Shown one piece after another: positions 37,380-38,085 of a stretch of DNA of 38,085 nt. Each line of letters opens with the position of its first letter. The first letter of the stretch is position 1. Below the pieces are notes generated by a model. The model was not told where the DNA came from, did no database searches, and saw nothing but the letters and a program-made list of their open reading frames with translations. This DNA comes from an uncultured Gammaproteobacteria bacterium (GTDB taxonomy: Bacteria > Actinomycetota > Acidimicrobiia > Spongiisociales > SHLN01), in contig CAXMOO010000059.1 of the NCBI GenBank assembly GCA_964195005.1, forward strand, positions 1-38,085, given 5' to 3'. The position numbers and the translations under genes are program-made.

Positions 37380-37401
37380 ACTATAAGGGGGGAGAGTGAC
37401 A
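37380..37401 (-). promoter_or_regulatory. RecA-NDp/PafBC-like promoter of the RecB-family exonuclease
   Basis: Minus strand reads TGTCAC-N10-TATAGT, ending 7 nt before ATG 37372. Confidence 0.72.
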
Positions 37402-37469
37402 CGAATGTAATTCCCGACCGGCGCCGCGAAACTTACTTTTATGGCGCGAAAACAAACCATCGTTCTGGT

Positions 37470-37498
37470 TTGACCGGCCTGTAACTCTCGCGTAGCTT
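37470..37498 (+). promoter_or_regulatory. Housekeeping (sigma-A/70-type) promoter
   Basis: TTGACC-N17-TAGCTT, predicting a transcription start near 37505, immediately before the first hairpin. Confidence 0.65.
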
Positions 37499-37504
37499 CA
37501 AGTT

Positions 37505-37960
37505 GTCGCTCGGGGAACCGAGCGCCCCGAAACGGCGAAAGTCGCTTTGGCTCCACAGATCGAAAGGTTTGTAGAGAACCGCTGGAGGGTCAAACCTCCG
37601 GCTCTGCGATACCGGATCGCAGGAGTGGCCGCCTAGATTCGAATGCGGCCGAGGAAGCTCACAAGGCTTTTTTGGACGATAGGCAGCCGCAACGGGCTCG
37701 CCGCTCACAAGGCGGAGGGCGCGGGCCATGAGGGCCGGACCCGCAAGGGCGAGGAACTCCTGGCGCTCGGTGATTGAGAGGTCATCGGGTCAGCGCTGAT
37801 AGTTGGAGCGCCAAAAACGCTTTAACTTCGCTCGGGACGCGGGCTTACGGGCACAAGTCCTAGGGCGGAAGCCGGCACCGGTCCGAAAGGATGCGGCCCG
37901 GTAAGCGGAAGTCCCGAGAGGGTTGAGGTCACGGCCGAGGCTCACTCGGGACTTTCCGCG
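37505..37960 (+). ncRNA. Candidate large structured non-coding RNA (family not recognised)
   Basis: About 15 near-contiguous stem-loops with G-U pairs and GNRA tetraloops on the + strand, an upstream promoter, a long 3' closing hairpin, and no credible ORF. Confidence 0.6.
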
Positions 37961-37973
37961 CGCTATATACCTT

Positions 37974-38028
37974 TTCGATTTCTCGGCCTTGCCTGACAGT
38001 GGCGCGTATTAGGGGCCGAGAAATCGAA
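37974..38028. repeat. 15-bp perfect inverted repeat (REP-like element or terminator)
   Basis: TTCGATTTCTCGGCC (37974-37988) and GGCCGAGAAATCGAA (38014-38028) around a 25-nt loop. Confidence 0.75.
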
Positions 38029-38085
38029 GTGCTGCCGCCGGAGTTCGAGGTGGGGGATGGCCGGCGCCGCCGGCGCCAGGCCCAG

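Noticed and set aside
37439-37729. 96-aa minus-strand ORF (and 37218-37556 -)
   Set aside because: No recognisable motifs; they run antisense through the promoter and the structured region.
37505-37960. RNase P RNA, tmRNA or group II intron
   Set aside because: GGAAAGTCC occurs only on the minus strand as one arm of a hairpin. I found no other RNase P conserved regions, no tRNA-like ends and no domain V. An Rfam search is still needed.

Overview
GC-rich bacterial chromosomal segment, probably an actinomycete. Acidimicrobiia-like affinity is an inference from the AdnAB pair, the Cgl0159-type aldolase, the YGNPGD..GDW repeat protein and the many TANNNT leaderless starts. From left to right: a truncated M23 peptidase, an alpha/beta hydrolase, two tandem UMF1/Atg22-type MFS paralogs that each carry an inserted extracytoplasmic domain, a PQQ sugar dehydrogenase lipoprotein, an aldolase-like protein, several small proteins and a SAM methyltransferase. 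Next come a convergent glycosyltransferase/GH130/GH5 cluster (11.5-17.7 kb), a nurA-herA-sbcD-sbcC-(degenerate Nudix) operon, ychF, an orphan FlgM-like gene behind a hairpin-rich region, DUF368 and dtd. These are followed by a degenerate plsY coupled to adnA-adnB, DUF488, glutamate dehydrogenase and a RecB/Cas4-like exonuclease. The window ends in a ~460-nt non-coding, densely hairpinned region with its own sigma-A-type promoter. The two main leads are: (1) this candidate large structured ncRNA; (2) three DNA-end-processing units, including an archaeal-style NurA-HerA-Mre11/Rad50-type operon, that share the promoter motif TGTCRC-N10-TANNNT, which resembles the PafBC/RecA-NDp DNA-damage promoter. 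I saw no CRISPR array, tRNA, rRNA, integrase or transposase. All family assignments come from motif recognition by eye; no database searches were run.
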